A stretch of DNA of 64,000 nt from Macrostomum hystrix (Eukaryota > Animalia > Platyhelminthes). The stretch is taken from the NCBI GenBank assembly GCA_950097015.1, contig CATNEN010000039.1, forward strand, positions 1,550,001 through 1,614,000, given 5' to 3'. Positions within the stretch are counted from its first letter, which is position 1; each line of letters opens with the position of its first letter. Shown one piece after another: positions 12,375-23,912 of the stretch. Position numbers and translations under genes: made by a program. The notes under the pieces were generated by a model. It saw nothing but the letters and a program-made list of their open reading frames with translations, was not told where the DNA came from and made no database searches.

Positions 12375-13800
12375 TTCTATCCCAGTGTTCTATCCCACTC
12401 ATTCTATCCCAGTGTTCTATCCCACTCATTCTATCCCAGTGTTCTATCCCACGAGTTCTATCCCAGTGTTCTATCCCACGAGTTCTATCCCAGTGTTCTA
12501 TCCCACGAGTTCAATCCCAGTGTTCTATCCCACGAGTTCTATCCCAGTGTTCTATCCCACGAGTTCTATCCCAGTGTTCTATCCCACGAGTTCTATCCCA
12601 GTGTTCTATCCCACGAGTTCTATCCCAGTGTTCTATCCCACGAGTTCAATCCCAGTGTTCTATCCCACGAGTTCTATCCCAGTGTTCTATCCCACGAGTT
12701 CTATCCCAGTGTTCTATCCCACGAGTTCTATCCTAGTGTTCTATCCCACTCATTCTATCCCAGTGTTCTATCCCACTCATTCTATCCCAGTGTTCTATCC
12801 CACTCTTCAACCCCACTATTATATCCCATACTCTTCAACCCCTCACTATTATATCCCACTCTATTCTATCCCACACGATTATATCCCACTCTATTCTATC
12901 CCACACTATTCTATCCCACACTATTATATCCCACTCTATTATATCCCACACGATTATATCCCACTCTATTCTATCCCACTCATTCTATCCCAGTGTTCTA
13001 TCCCACGAGTTCTATCCCAGTGTTCTATCCCACGAGTTCTATCCCAGTGTTCTATCCCACGAGTTCTATCCCAGTGTTCTATCCCACGAGTTCTATCCCA
13101 GTGTTCTATCCCACGAGTTCTATCCCAGTGTTCTATCCCACTCATTCTATCCCAGTGTTCTATCCCACGAGTTCTATCCCAGTTTTCTATCCCACTCATT
13201 CTATCCCAGTGTTCTATCCCACTCATTCTATCCCAGTGTTCTATCCCACTCATTCTATCCCAGTGTTCTATCCCACGAGTTCTATCCTAGTGTTCTATCC
13301 CACTCATTCTATCCCAGTGTTCTATCCCACTCTTTAACCCCACTATTATATCCCATACTCTTCAATCCCTCACTATTATATCCCACTCTATTCTATCCCA
13401 CACGATTATATCCCACTCTATTCTATCCCACACGATTATATCCCACTCTATTCTATCCCACACGATTATATCCCACTTTATTCTATCCCACACTATTCTA
13501 TCCCACACTATTATATCCCACTCTATTATATCCCACTCTATTCTATCCCGCACTATCTATCCCACTCTATTCTGTCCCATTCTATCATATCCCGCACTAT
13601 CTATTCCACTCTATTCTGTTTCATTCTATTATGTCCCACACAATCTATTCCACTCTATTCTGCTTAATTCTATCATATCCCGCACTATCTATTCCACTCT
13701 ATTCTGTTTCATTCTATTATGTCCCACACAATCTATCCCACTGTATTCAATGCAATCCCACTCTATTCTATCCCATTCCATTATATCCCACTCTTCTATT
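12375..13800. repeat. 27-bp minisatellite built from 13-14-bp TATCCCA subunits, with a higher-order duplication
   Basis: TTCTATCCCAGTG/TTCTATCCCACGAG alternation. The block pattern of 12375-12965 recurs from about 12970 and decays towards 13800. Confidence 0.93.
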
Positions 13801-14129
13801 CCAAACCCCACTCTCGTCAGTGAATAATCAAAGAATTCTTGTTTCCCCTACAGGAAGAGCAATTCAATTCATTGCCAGATCATTTTACAATGAACTTTTT
13901 GCCTCCCCCAAATCGGGTCCAGCTTCTTCTGATCTCAAGCGAATTAGAGAAAACATTTTTGCTCAGCTGCGCGAGCTAATGGCGTCACAGACAGATGCGC
14001 CATTCTAATTACTGCGTAATTTGTGCTTCTGATAATTGGGCTGATGCATTCACCTTAATTACCTGATTGGGACTGTCTGGGGACAGCTAGTGCAATTCGA
14101 ATGGATTGAGAAGGTGTAACTTCTGCCTA

Positions 14130-14565
14130 ACAGGTGACAATCCTGCAAAACAGGGGACACTACTGTCCAACAGGTGACCCTGCTGTCTAACAGGTGACAC
14201 TGCTGTCTAACAGGTGAACCTGCTGTCTAACAGGTGACACTGCTGTCCAACAGGTGACCCTGCTGTCTAACAGGTGACACTGCTGTCCAACAGGTGACCC
14301 TGCTGTCTAACAGGTGACCCTGTTGTCTAACAGGTGACCCTGCTATCTAACAGGTGACCCTGCTGTCTAACAATTGACCCTGCTGTCTAGCAGGTGACCC
14401 TGCTGTCTAGCAGGTGACCCTGCTGTCTAACAGGTGACCCTGCTGTCTAACAGGTGACCCTGCTGTCTAACAATTGACCCTGCTGTCTAGCAGGTGACCC
14501 TGCTGTCTAACGATTGACCCTGCTGTCTAACAGGTGACCCTGCTGTCTAACAGGTGACCCTGCTC
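14130..14565. repeat. 20-bp minisatellite immediately upstream of the USP start codon
   Basis: Unit CAGGTGACCCTGCTGTCTAA, about 21 copies. Confidence 0.95.
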
Positions 14566-14584
14566 TAACGTTGTCCAACAAAGC

Positions 14585-15552
14585 ATGTCAGCCAGCGCTT
14601 CAGCAGCTCAGCCAGCCAGACGGAAAGTGCTCATTGGCGTGGACCGCAGTGAGCACAGCGAGCGGGCCCTGCGCTTCTACGCCAGACACCTGCGCCGGCC
14701 GGCCGACCAGCTGGTGTTCGTAAATGTCAGCGAGCCGCCCGAGATGGCCTTCGGGCTGCCTTCGTTGGAGGCCGACAAGGTCGGTGGCATTGATAAGCTT
14801 GAATGGGGTTTAGTGTCTATGGGCCAGCATCCAATCAGAAGCAGTCGCGATATAAATCAAGCAATAGACATCCCAGACCCCAGTTGAAGCAGTAGATGTA
14901 GTAGCCTCTGATGCATTTACACAAAACCGTTTAATTTTTTACCTTTTCTTCTCCACTCCGGCCGCGTGTCACCACACGCAGTGGATATCACTTTTCATGC
15001 TAAACATTCCTCCACCGACACCCACCCCATTTTTCGTCCCAGTCGCCAACCCCATTTCTCAGACGTCAAAGTCACTCCATTCCTTCGCTGCCAATGTCCA
15101 CCCCATACCCACCACCGCGTCTAGCCAATCAGCAAAGCCAATAAAAGTCAATAACAGTAGAGAGCCATGCGCATGCCCAGGCCTACTGCCGGTCCCTCGA
15201 CTTCACTCTCTACGAAGCCAAACGACTGGCCGACGATGTCCGCCAGCTCTGCCGTGATTTGAACGTCTTCAGCTCAGACGACGCCGTCGACGAAACCGAC
15301 ACGGTCCGGTTCTTGGAGCGCGTCGGGCACGGTGGCGCTGGGCCGGCCATTGTAGAGACAGCTCGCAATGAGGATGTCCAGCTGATTGTGCTGGGCGCCA
15401 GGGGCCTCGGCGCGGTGAAGCGAGCCCTCTTGGGCTCTGTCAGCGACTACGTGCTGCACCACGCACACCTGCCCACAGTCATCGTGCCGCCTCCGCAGGG
15501 CCTCCCTGATGCTGCAGCCGCTACAGCTGCCATGTCGATGGCATCTTCATAG
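14585..15552 (+). CDS. Universal stress protein (UspA domain), 2 exons, about 188 aa
   Basis: Exons 14585-14779 (RKVLIGVDRSEHSERAL; donor AAG|GTCGGT) and 15181-15552 (acceptor CCCAG|GCC, phase 0). Contains GPAIVETA..LIVLGARGLGAVKRALLGSVSDYVLHHAHLPTVIVP, the G-x2-G-x9-GS ATP-binding USP motif. Confidence 0.9.
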
Positions 15553-15611
15553 ATTTGAGATTATGTCTTTGAGTCCCCCTATCTGCTAATTAAAGTGTTG
15601 GTGTATTGACT

Positions 15612-15885
15612 CTGTGTCGGTCTCCTTGAAGTGTCGGTTTGTTTTATCTATTTCGGTCTCCTTGAAGTGTCGGTATGTTTTATCTGTTTCGGTCTCCTTG
15701 AAGTGTCGGTGTGTTTGATCTGTGTCGGTCTCCTTGAAGTGTCGGTATGTTCGATCTGTGTCGGTCTCCCTGAAGTGTCGGTGTGTTTTATCTGTGTCGG
15801 TCTCCCTGAAGTGTCGGTGTGTTTGATCTGTGTCGGTCTCCTTGAAGTGTCGTCGGTGTCTTTGAAGTGACGGTGTGTTTGATAT
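15612..15885. repeat. 36-bp minisatellite downstream of the USP gene
   Basis: Unit TCGGTCTCCTTGAAGTGTCGGTGTGTTTGATCTGTG, about 7 copies. Confidence 0.9.
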
Positions 15886-16814
15886 GACCTGTAAACGTTT
15901 TCACTCGCAGTACGAATCTTCTAGACTCGTAGCCCTGATGAACTAACTATACGAGTATAAAAAATCCGGTGTTGTCCGATCCGAAGTCTAGACAATGCAC
16001 AATCGAAAGTGTTTTTGGGATAAGTTTGATGCCCACGTTTTCACCTAAATTAAGAATTCTGCTTATTCCGGTGATAGCAAAGCAAACTTTCGAACTGAAC
16101 GAGAATGACGCCGAAGTATTTGACGAAAGTTAATTTTCCAGGCAATCTTTATTCTCCCACACAGCCCGTATGTTGCCTGGGTACCCCGTCTGTACGCGAA
16201 TGCTACAGCTGGAGGATTAATAGAACTTTGACAGTTTTTCACCTTTAGCTGAGCGACAGTCGGCCTGTTTAGTTTCATCAAAATTATATTTTCGAAGCAA
16301 AAACGGTTTTTCACAATACTAGTGCAATTTGGCTGCGAAATATCCTTAGCACTCTACTGTGGTGAGTAGTGTAAGCAGTACCCAGTTTTTTGTAACACAA
16401 AAATATATATATTTATTTCCGTTTATCGATGTACACATCAAATTGTAAAGCACAAATAAGCAAAAACCGTCTTTAACTACTTACTCCAGCAGAACAGTCC
16501 ACGATAAAGTACAAAGTAACTCTCATGCGATATCCCTTCTTCTTTGGACTTGGCTTGAAAAGTGCGAATCTTAATGCTGAGTCCTTCGTGGATGAATTCG
16601 GCATATTTTTCTCAACGCTCTGTGCCATTTTCTCCCGCGCGACCCCAGCCCAAGCCGCTGCAGTGGGCGAGAAAATTTTGGAGGAGAAATCAAATTTGTG
16701 GGGAAAAAACCCAAAAATCCACAAGCCCGAGTTGTTCATGCCGTGTTCCTGCAGGCGAGCTGCGAGCGCCTTTATAGTTGGTTTTGGGGGCTCCTAGACT
16801 TGGACTTATTGGCC

Positions 16815-16962
16815 ATGAGTTCGAATCCCGAAGTATCTATAAGCTTGTTTCTAGTCGTGTTTTATACACAGTGAGGGTCGTGAGTTCGAATCCTGGAGTG
16901 TCTGTAAGCTTGTTTCTAGTCGTGTTTTATACACAGGGAGGGTCGTGAGTTCGAGTCCTGAA
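16815..16962 (+). repeat. Short tandem repeat with Pol III B-box-like GTTCGAATCC motifs (possible tRNA-SINE relic)
   Basis: GAGTTCGAATCC/GAGTTCGAGTCC three times at about 65-bp spacing with a shared spacer. No cloverleaf seen. Confidence 0.4.
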
Positions 16963-17339
16963 GCCCCTGAATTATCTATTCTGGCATGCCTTTTCATATT
17001 TTTACTAGACCGAAAAGCCACTTCGTTATCTTTTGGTCGTCAACGCGGCACTCAATCCAGGCTAAAAATGTGACAGAGCACAAATCAGAAACAAGAAACT
17101 CCAGCCGGGGATGATTTTCTGAGCATCGCAAAAATATTTGGCATTAAAAATTGACCAGCGGAACTCGATATGGCACAATTCTATACCACTTCTGTCTTCA
17201 GAAATTCTGCGGTTCGCATTTTACGACCGGCCGTTGCTTTCTGCGGCCCGAACACTCAGTCATTATCCCAGTAACTCATTTACTCAATTCACTATGCACT
17301 TTACATCTACATGCCCACCTGCCATCTGACACTCTGTTT

Positions 17340-17525
17340 AACCTGTCACTCTCCAGTCTTCCTGTCACTCTCCAGTCTTCCTGTCACTCTCCAGTCTACC
17401 TGTCACTCTCCAGTCTTCCTGTCACTCTCCAGTCTTCCTGTCACTCTCCAGTCTTCCTGTCACTCTCCAGTCTACCTGTCACCCTCCATTCTACCTGTCA
17501 CTCTCCAGTCTACCTGTCACTCTCT
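17340..17525. repeat. 19-bp minisatellite
   Basis: Unit CTGTCACTCTCCAGTCT(T/A)C, about 9 copies. Confidence 0.9.
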
Positions 17526-18205
17526 ATTCACTCAATACTATCTGTCAATCATTCTCTAATTAATCTGTCACTCTGCTCCTCACCTGCCACTGTCCCATCT
17601 GTTTGGTCGTGTGGCCAGAGGTGCTACCAGTTGAATCGGCCTTGATTTATTCCCTACCTTGACAACCTGCCCTCGCAATCGATGCAATCGATTTCCCTAA
17701 CACACGATGCCTTGTTACTCAGCCAGCGAGGCGTCATCGGACAATTAAGAGTAGGACTGGCGCCTGAGCCTCCGTTGCGAAGATGGCTCGTAGATATTTG
17801 AGCACACTGGTAGGCGGGCAAAAGCTATGGGGAAAGAATAATTAGACAGATGCGTGGGCGGATGCTGGCGAATCGCACATCTGAGACAGCCGCTCTCATG
17901 AGTTCATTCTTTAACTCCCGCACTAAGCCAAAGCTTCTGTGAGACTGAGCCCCAAGAATGGTCTGGTCTCAAAGAGGACTCAAAAGCCAGTCTCGGGACG
18001 GCATCGTTAATTGCTGACCGCTTTCCGGCCAGGAACAAAGTTGAAGAATTCCAGGAGATGCATGACATTGCATTCCAGATCACCTGATTTACTCGAATTC
18101 GTGAATTGACTAAAATCAGCTGAGCTCGGCTGAATTTATTGAATAGTGCTCGTAATAAGAGCATGTACTAGGAAATTTGTGAGTCGGCGTCCTGAACTGA
18201 CATAT

Positions 18206-19146
18206 GAGAGATGAGACACTGGAGAGATGAGACACTGGAGAGATGAGACACTGGAGAGATAAGACACGGTAGAGATGAGACACTGGAGAGATGAGACACT
18301 GGAGAGATGAGACACTGGAGAGATAAGACACGGTAGAGATGAGACACTGGAGAGATGAGACACTGGAGAGATAAGACACGGTAGAGATGAGACACGGGAG
18401 AGATGAGACACTGGAGAGATGAGACACTGGAGAGATAAAACACTGGAGAGATGAGACACTGGAGAGATGAGACACTGGAGAGATGAGACACGGGAGAGAT
18501 GAGACACGGGAGAGAGGAGACACTGGATAGATGAAATACTGGAGAGAGGAGACACGGGAGAGATGAGACACGGGAGAGATGAGACACGGGAGAGAGGAGA
18601 CACGGGAGAGATGAGACACGGGAGAGAGGAGACACTGGAGAGATGAAATACTGGAGAGAGGAGACACGGGAGAGATGAGACACTGGAGAGATGAAATACT
18701 GGAGAGAGGAGACACGGGAGAGATGAGACACGGGAGAGATGAGACACGGGAGAGATGAGACACGGGAGAGAGGAGACACGGGAGAGATGAGACACGGGAG
18801 AGAGGAGACACGGGAGAGATGAGACACGGGAGAGAGGAGACACTGGAGAGATGAAATACTGGAGAGAGGAGACACGGGAGAGATGAGACACTGGAGAGAT
18901 GAAATACTGGAGAGAGGAGACACGGGAGAGATGAGACACGGGAGAGAGGAGACACGGGAGAGATGAGACACGGGAGAGAGGAGACACTGGAGAGATGAAA
19001 TACTGGAGAGAGGAGACACGGTAGAGATGAGACACGGGAGAGATGAGACACGGGAGAGAGGAGACACGGGAGAGAGGAGACACGGGAGAGATGAGACACG
19101 GGAGAGATGAGACACGGGAGAGAGGAGACACGGGAGAGATGAGACA
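18206..19146. repeat. Purine-rich satellite array A (GGAGAGATGAGACAC-type short units)
   Basis: Tandem GAGAGA(T/G)GAGACAC(G/T)G variants. Explains the spurious minus-strand SSLPCLISPV ORFs. Confidence 0.95.
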
Positions 19147-20205
19147 GTGTTAGAGAGCATATATGAGAAAGGTATTTTAAAAGGCAATGCAAGTTGCTCA
19201 AGTTGTTCAAGAGCTTGGCGGGCCGCATCTTGAGCTCGAGCTGGGTTTGCCAACCACTGTGCTAGAATGGCTTGTAGAACAGATGATTTAAATTGTGCCT
19301 GCTGTGTGTGCATTGAGGCCCGGATGATGAAAGTTAGACTCGGGTCGGCCTCACTAAATCCAGTCAATCTGACTTCCCGACCCCTGCGCAGGCATTCCAC
19401 AGGGCCTGGCACGCGATGTTCTGTCCCTCCTCCACTCTTCCCCCTGTCATGAGCTTTGAGCACGTGGGGCCCAGCTCAGCTTGTGACTCAAGCCCAGACC
19501 AGGCTCAATCTCATTCGGCCTGGGCCTGGAGCAGATTGCAGGAGATTGAAGGAATTATTTGGCTGCATTGCGTCACCAGCCAAGGTGAAGCCGCTCATTT
19601 AATTTCTGAGCTTTTTCTCGACCAAGTGTCCCAGAAAAGCTTCAACTTAGAGAAGTGAAAACTCGAGGCAGCGAGTTTACTCGTTGACAAGTACTGAGCG
19701 AAAGGCTGGCCGTGACAGACAAGCTCGCGCAGTGCAGCTGGGGTGGGTAAGGCTGAGAATGCACCTCTCGAGTTCGCTGCGCAATAGAATAATCGGGAGG
19801 GTCTTGGGCCCCGCCAAAACACGCGGGCTGTTGCAGTGGGCCCTCCCAGGCCGAGCTGCGTACAACAGCCTTCTCTGCCGCCATTGGAATGATAAGAGGA
19901 GGAGGCGGTGAGAGCAGCGGGGACTGGCTGGGCTCCGGCCACGCGGCCTCCCTAACCCACTGGCTATTATAAGCAGCGGGTGGGGGGTGGGGAGGGCTGA
20001 GTTAGACGAGAGAACAGCGCACGCTTTGCACGGTAGGCGCTGGTAGCTTCACCTGCGGAGCGCTTGTGACTTGGCCACAGGCTGCTCTGGCTTGTATTAA
20101 ACGCAGCAACTCCGGTGGAAAACCGCCCGCCCCGTCAAAGGGAATCAGCGAGCCGTTTCTGCTCAAGGGAGCTTTTGTCCTCGCGAGGGTTTCAACTGCT
20201 CAAGA

Positions 20206-22701
20206 ATGCGGCGGCAGCGGGAGGCGGTCGTCCTTGCTCTGCGGCTTCTCATGCTGGCGACAATCGCGGGGCCGTCCGCTGGACTCTTGGCCTCGGCAGA
20301 CACGGCTGAGAACTGCATCTGGGGCATCTGCTCCGTGGTGATCGTGCGCCACAACACGCTCGAACCCAGGGAGTCCCGATCGTTGGTCTTGCACCGCTGC
20401 GACCCGAGCACCAGGCACCCCGAGAAGTGCATGGTCTCCGAGGTGGTGACGGAGCCTGAGGGCGTGTCCAACTTCACAATGCGCCGCGCCAATCTGCGCG
20501 ACGTCGACGTTCGCGGCTTCTGCCTGTTTGAGCGGCTGTCCGGCCTGGACCTGTCCGAGAACCTCATCGAGCGGTTCGACTTCCCCACCAGCATGCAGCC
20601 CCACTGCCTGGCCCACCTGCGCTGGTTCAGCCTGCGTGGCAACCGGCTGCGCGCCGTGGACATTGCGCAGTTCACTCGCTTCCCGACCCTGGAGAAGGTC
20701 GACCTGTCTGAGAACGGCCTGCTGGAGACTCTGCACATCAGCGAACTCATGCCGCACACCCGCCTGAGCGCAATCATGGCTCAGAAGTGCCGCATCAAGC
20801 AGCTGGACATCTCGCTCGTGCGCCTGCCCAGCCTGCAGGATGTGGACCTGAACTACAACCAGCTCTCCGGGCTCACGAACCGGCTCAACTGGTCCTGGAC
20901 GGTCCGGGAAGTGCGCGCCATCGAGGAGGAGCGCAACAGGCGGAAGACGCGCGACCCATACTACTATGCCAGGCTGTCCATCCAGATGGTGCAGAACCAG
21001 TTCGGCCCGGAGGCCTTCGGTCGGAACCGCCTCTGGGGCCTGCCGATGCCCGACCTCGATGCCACCGATTCCACCAGCCCCGACGACGCCGTGGTGAACG
21101 AGCTCAAGCGCTACCGAGACGCCTTCCAGTCCTTCGTCTACCTGGACCACGTGGGCTCCAGCGTCACCTGCGACTGCCACCTGTTCCACGCCTGGCAGTA
21201 CCTGCGGCGAGTCTACGCCGACCCTCGCGAGTTCTCAAAGCGGAACGCCCTCTCCATCGCGGACTGGGTGTCCCTGCCCTGCGACTCAGCCGGCTTCGGT
21301 CGCGGCATGACCGGCCGCCCGCAAAGCATCGCCTACCTGTCAGCGGACGACCTGGCCTGCACGCACCTCGCCGGCTGCCCGCCAGGCTGCAACTGCACCG
21401 AGCTGGTATCGCCGTCGCTGCTGACTGTCGACTGCCGAGGTCGTGGTCTGCGCGCCATGCCGGACAGCCTGCCTGCCAGCGTGCACCCTGTCCGCTATGC
21501 CCTGCTGCTCGGCGGCAACCTGATCAGCGAGCTGCGCGCCCTGCCACCGAGACAGGCGCAGCTTGTTCAGCAGCTAGACCTCAGCAACAACCTGCTGAGC
21601 AGCTTCACAGACTTCAGCCCGCTGGCCGCCTTCCCCAATGTCCACTCCGTGAATCTCAGCGGCAACTGGCAGCTGACGGAGCTGCCGCCGAGTCTCCTGA
21701 ACAATGCGACAAGCCGACTGCCCAGCAGCCTGCTCCATTTGTCAGTTGGCCAGCTGACCTGCCGCTGCGGCCTCCTGGAATCCGAGGCTGTGGTCCCAAT
21801 GCGCTGGCTGCTGGCCGACTATCGCCAGCTGCGCTGCCGGCCGGGCGCCGAGGACTCCAGCGCCGCCGCCGTCTACCAGCCGAGGCAGCTGGTGGGTGTT
21901 GGCGGGCTGGACGACAATGCCATGTTCCTGGCCGAGTTCCACCAGCAGTTCTGCCTGAGGCTGCCGCAGGTGAACAGTACACCTGTGGTCATCTATCAGC
22001 AGCCTGCGAATCACGCTAGTTCAAACGCGGTGCTCTTCATCATCGTGGCATTGGTGGCCGCTGTTCTAATCCTGCTGACTGTGGCTCTTGTCTGCGTGTT
22101 TACCTGCAGACGGAGGCACAGGGCCTCAAATCAGCAGCAACATCAGCAGCCGCAGCCACAGCAGCGTCAGTCTCAGCAGATGCAGCAGCAGCAGCAGCCG
22201 TGCAGTACTTCAATTTCGCCATACGATGTCGCCAATCCCTCGATTCGCTACGTCAGCTGCGGCATCGGGGAGCGAATCGACTCAGCGGAGCCGGCTCAGC
22301 TTAAGCCTGGCCCAGGCGGCAGCAACATCAGCCTGGCGCTGCTGAGCAGCCCGCAGCAGCGCCGACATGATCCCTCGACCATCTACATCAGCCAGCTACC
22401 TGCTGCCGTCAGCCACGGGGTCAACGACGACGCAGACAGCAGCGACTTCAGCAGCGGCGACCTCAGCGACAGCGAGTCCGCGCCGCGGGCCCCAGTCGGA
22501 GTGCCTGGCGCTGCCGACATCTACCAGAGGTTGCCGCATGCCAGGACTCCGCTTCTGTCCGTTGAGCTGCCGCCGCCACTGCCACCAAGGCCGATGCCGC
22601 TGGGTGGAGCCATCTACCAGCAGCAGCCGAGCCAACAGAGGCTGGCAGCAATGACACTTTATGCACAAACGGAGCGTCGCGACAGTGGTACAAACGTTTA
22701 A
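20206..22701 (+). CDS. Intronless type I membrane LRR protein, Toll-like ectodomain without TIR (831 aa)
   Basis: Signal-peptide-like N-terminus; LRRs (LDLSENLIE, FSLRGNRL, VDLSENGL, VDLNYNQL); internal CDC..LRRCT plus CPPGCNC..VDC LRRNT; second LRR block with CRC cap; TM helix (VLFIIVALVAAVLILLTVALVCVFTC) followed by RRRHR; low-complexity tail ending GTNV. Confidence 0.88.
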   Translation: MRRQREAVVLALRLLMLATIAGPSAGLLASADTAENCIWGICSVVIVRHNTLEPRESRSLVLHRCDPSTRHPEKCMVSEVVTEPEGVSNFTMRRANLRDVDVRGFCLFERLSGLDLSENLIERFDFPTSMQPHCLAHLRWFSLRGNRLRAVDIAQFTRFPTLEKVDLSENGLLETLHISELMPHTRLSAIMAQKCRIKQLDISLVRLPSLQDVDLNYNQLSGLTNRLNWSWTVREVRAIEEERNRRKTRDPYYYARLSIQMVQNQFGPEAFGRNRLWGLPMPDLDATDSTSPDDAVVNELKRYRDAFQSFVYLDHVGSSVTCDCHLFHAWQYLRRVYADPREFSKRNALSIADWVSLPCDSAGFGRGMTGRPQSIAYLSADDLACTHLAGCPPGCNCTELVSPSLLTVDCRGRGLRAMPDSLPASVHPVRYALLLGGNLISELRALPPRQAQLVQQLDLSNNLLSSFTDFSPLAAFPNVHSVNLSGNWQLTELPPSLLNNATSRLPSSLLHLSVGQLTCRCGLLESEAVVPMRWLLADYRQLRCRPGAEDSSAAAVYQPRQLVGVGGLDDNAMFLAEFHQQFCLRLPQVNSTPVVIYQQPANHASSNAVLFIIVALVAAVLILLTVALVCVFTCRRRHRASNQQQHQQPQPQQRQSQQMQQQQQPCSTSISPYDVANPSIRYVSCGIGERIDSAEPAQLKPGPGGSNISLALLSSPQQRRHDPSTIYISQLPAAVSHGVNDDADSSDFSSGDLSDSESAPRAPVGVPGAADIYQRLPHARTPLLSVELPPPLPPRPMPLGGAIYQQQPSQQRLAAMTLYAQTERRDSGTNV

Positions 22702-23594
22702 CACCGAGGTACTGAGATTTAGACTCAGTTGAGTAGGAAATAGCAATAGTAGGCCTAATATACGTTGCTGGGCGTCCGCGATGAAATCTCAAACTCTCCG
22801 CGCTTCCTGCCCAGTTTTCCCCATCTGAATTTTTCTGGCTCTCGCCTGCTGCTCCAGCTTATTCATGTCGTTATTTTGTGTGCTGTATTTCATCTGTTTA
22901 TAATCCTTGTGATTCGGATAATGCAATCATCTTAGATGCTAACAGCGGCAAGCCAACCAATCAGAAACCGGGAGAGGCGGAAGAGCGTTTGCTGCGGGAA
23001 GGGAAATAGAGTGAGGTGGGTGCTCCAGCCAATCAGAGAATTTGAGGAGTGAAAAAGCTGCACTGTCCATTTAAAATCAACGGAAAAGTCATTTGAAGGC
23101 GCGATGAGACGAGAAACTGAGTAAGGTGGGTGTATGCTCCAGCCAATCAACAAGTTCGTAGTGTAAATAGTTTTTATGCAGATAGATTGGAACTACTGTT
23201 AGGATAAAACAGATTTTTACGACTGATATGCAAATATGTTAGATATGATTGATAAACGTACTATTCGATTAGTCGCAACCAACTTATTTGCTTATTTCTT
23301 GATATTTTTTTGCAACACCAACTCCTGGCTATGCTTCTTCATCGCCCTGAGATGCTTGCGTTCGACTATTTTCTATTTTCTTACTGCTTTTCTGTGCCCC
23401 CTAGACAACAAAAAAATAAATAAATTTCTGATGCCCGACCTCTGCATTTCACTTCACCTGACGAAACCAAAAGATAAAAATAAAAACCTTTTGAGAAGCC
23501 TGGTGAACATTTATTTTCTTGCAATTTAAATGATATTTTAAAGTAAGTGGGAGACGGGAAACAAGGAAAGGGACAGAAAGTTAGAAATGAGAGT

Positions 23595-23912
23595 AAGGCA
23601 AGGGTAGAAAGGATAGTAAGGGAAGGGTAGAAAGGAGGGTAAGGGAAGGGTAGAAAGGAGGGGTAGAAAGGAGGGTAAGGGAAGGGTAGAAAGGAGGGGT
23701 AGAAAGGAGGGTAAGGGAAGGGTAGAAAGGAGGGGTAGAAAGGAGGGTAAGGGAAGGGTAGAAAGGAGGGGTAGAAAGGAGGGTAAGGGAAGGGTAGAAA
23801 GGAGGGGTAGAAAGGAGGGTAAGGGAAGGGTAGAAAGGAGGGTAAGGGAAGGGTAGAAACGAGGGCTAGAAAGGAGGGTAAGGGAAGGGTAGAAAGGAGG
23901 GGTAGAAGAGGA
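23595..23912. repeat. Polypurine-rich minisatellite
   Basis: GGGTAGAAAGGA / GGGTAAGGGAA units. Confidence 0.9.

Noticed and set aside
14585-15552. USP gene as a bacterial horizontal transfer or contaminant
   Set aside because: It has a spliceosomal intron and host-like codon usage, and USP genes are known in several invertebrate lineages including flatworms.
15921-16015. CTGATGA as a hammerhead core
   Set aside because: No stem II with adjacent GAAA could be built.
16063-16797. Short ORFs at 16.0-16.8 kb
   Set aside because: No recognisable motifs, splice structure or element ends.
20163-22019. Alternative-frame and antisense ORFs over the LRR gene
   Set aside because: Shadow ORFs caused by high GC3.
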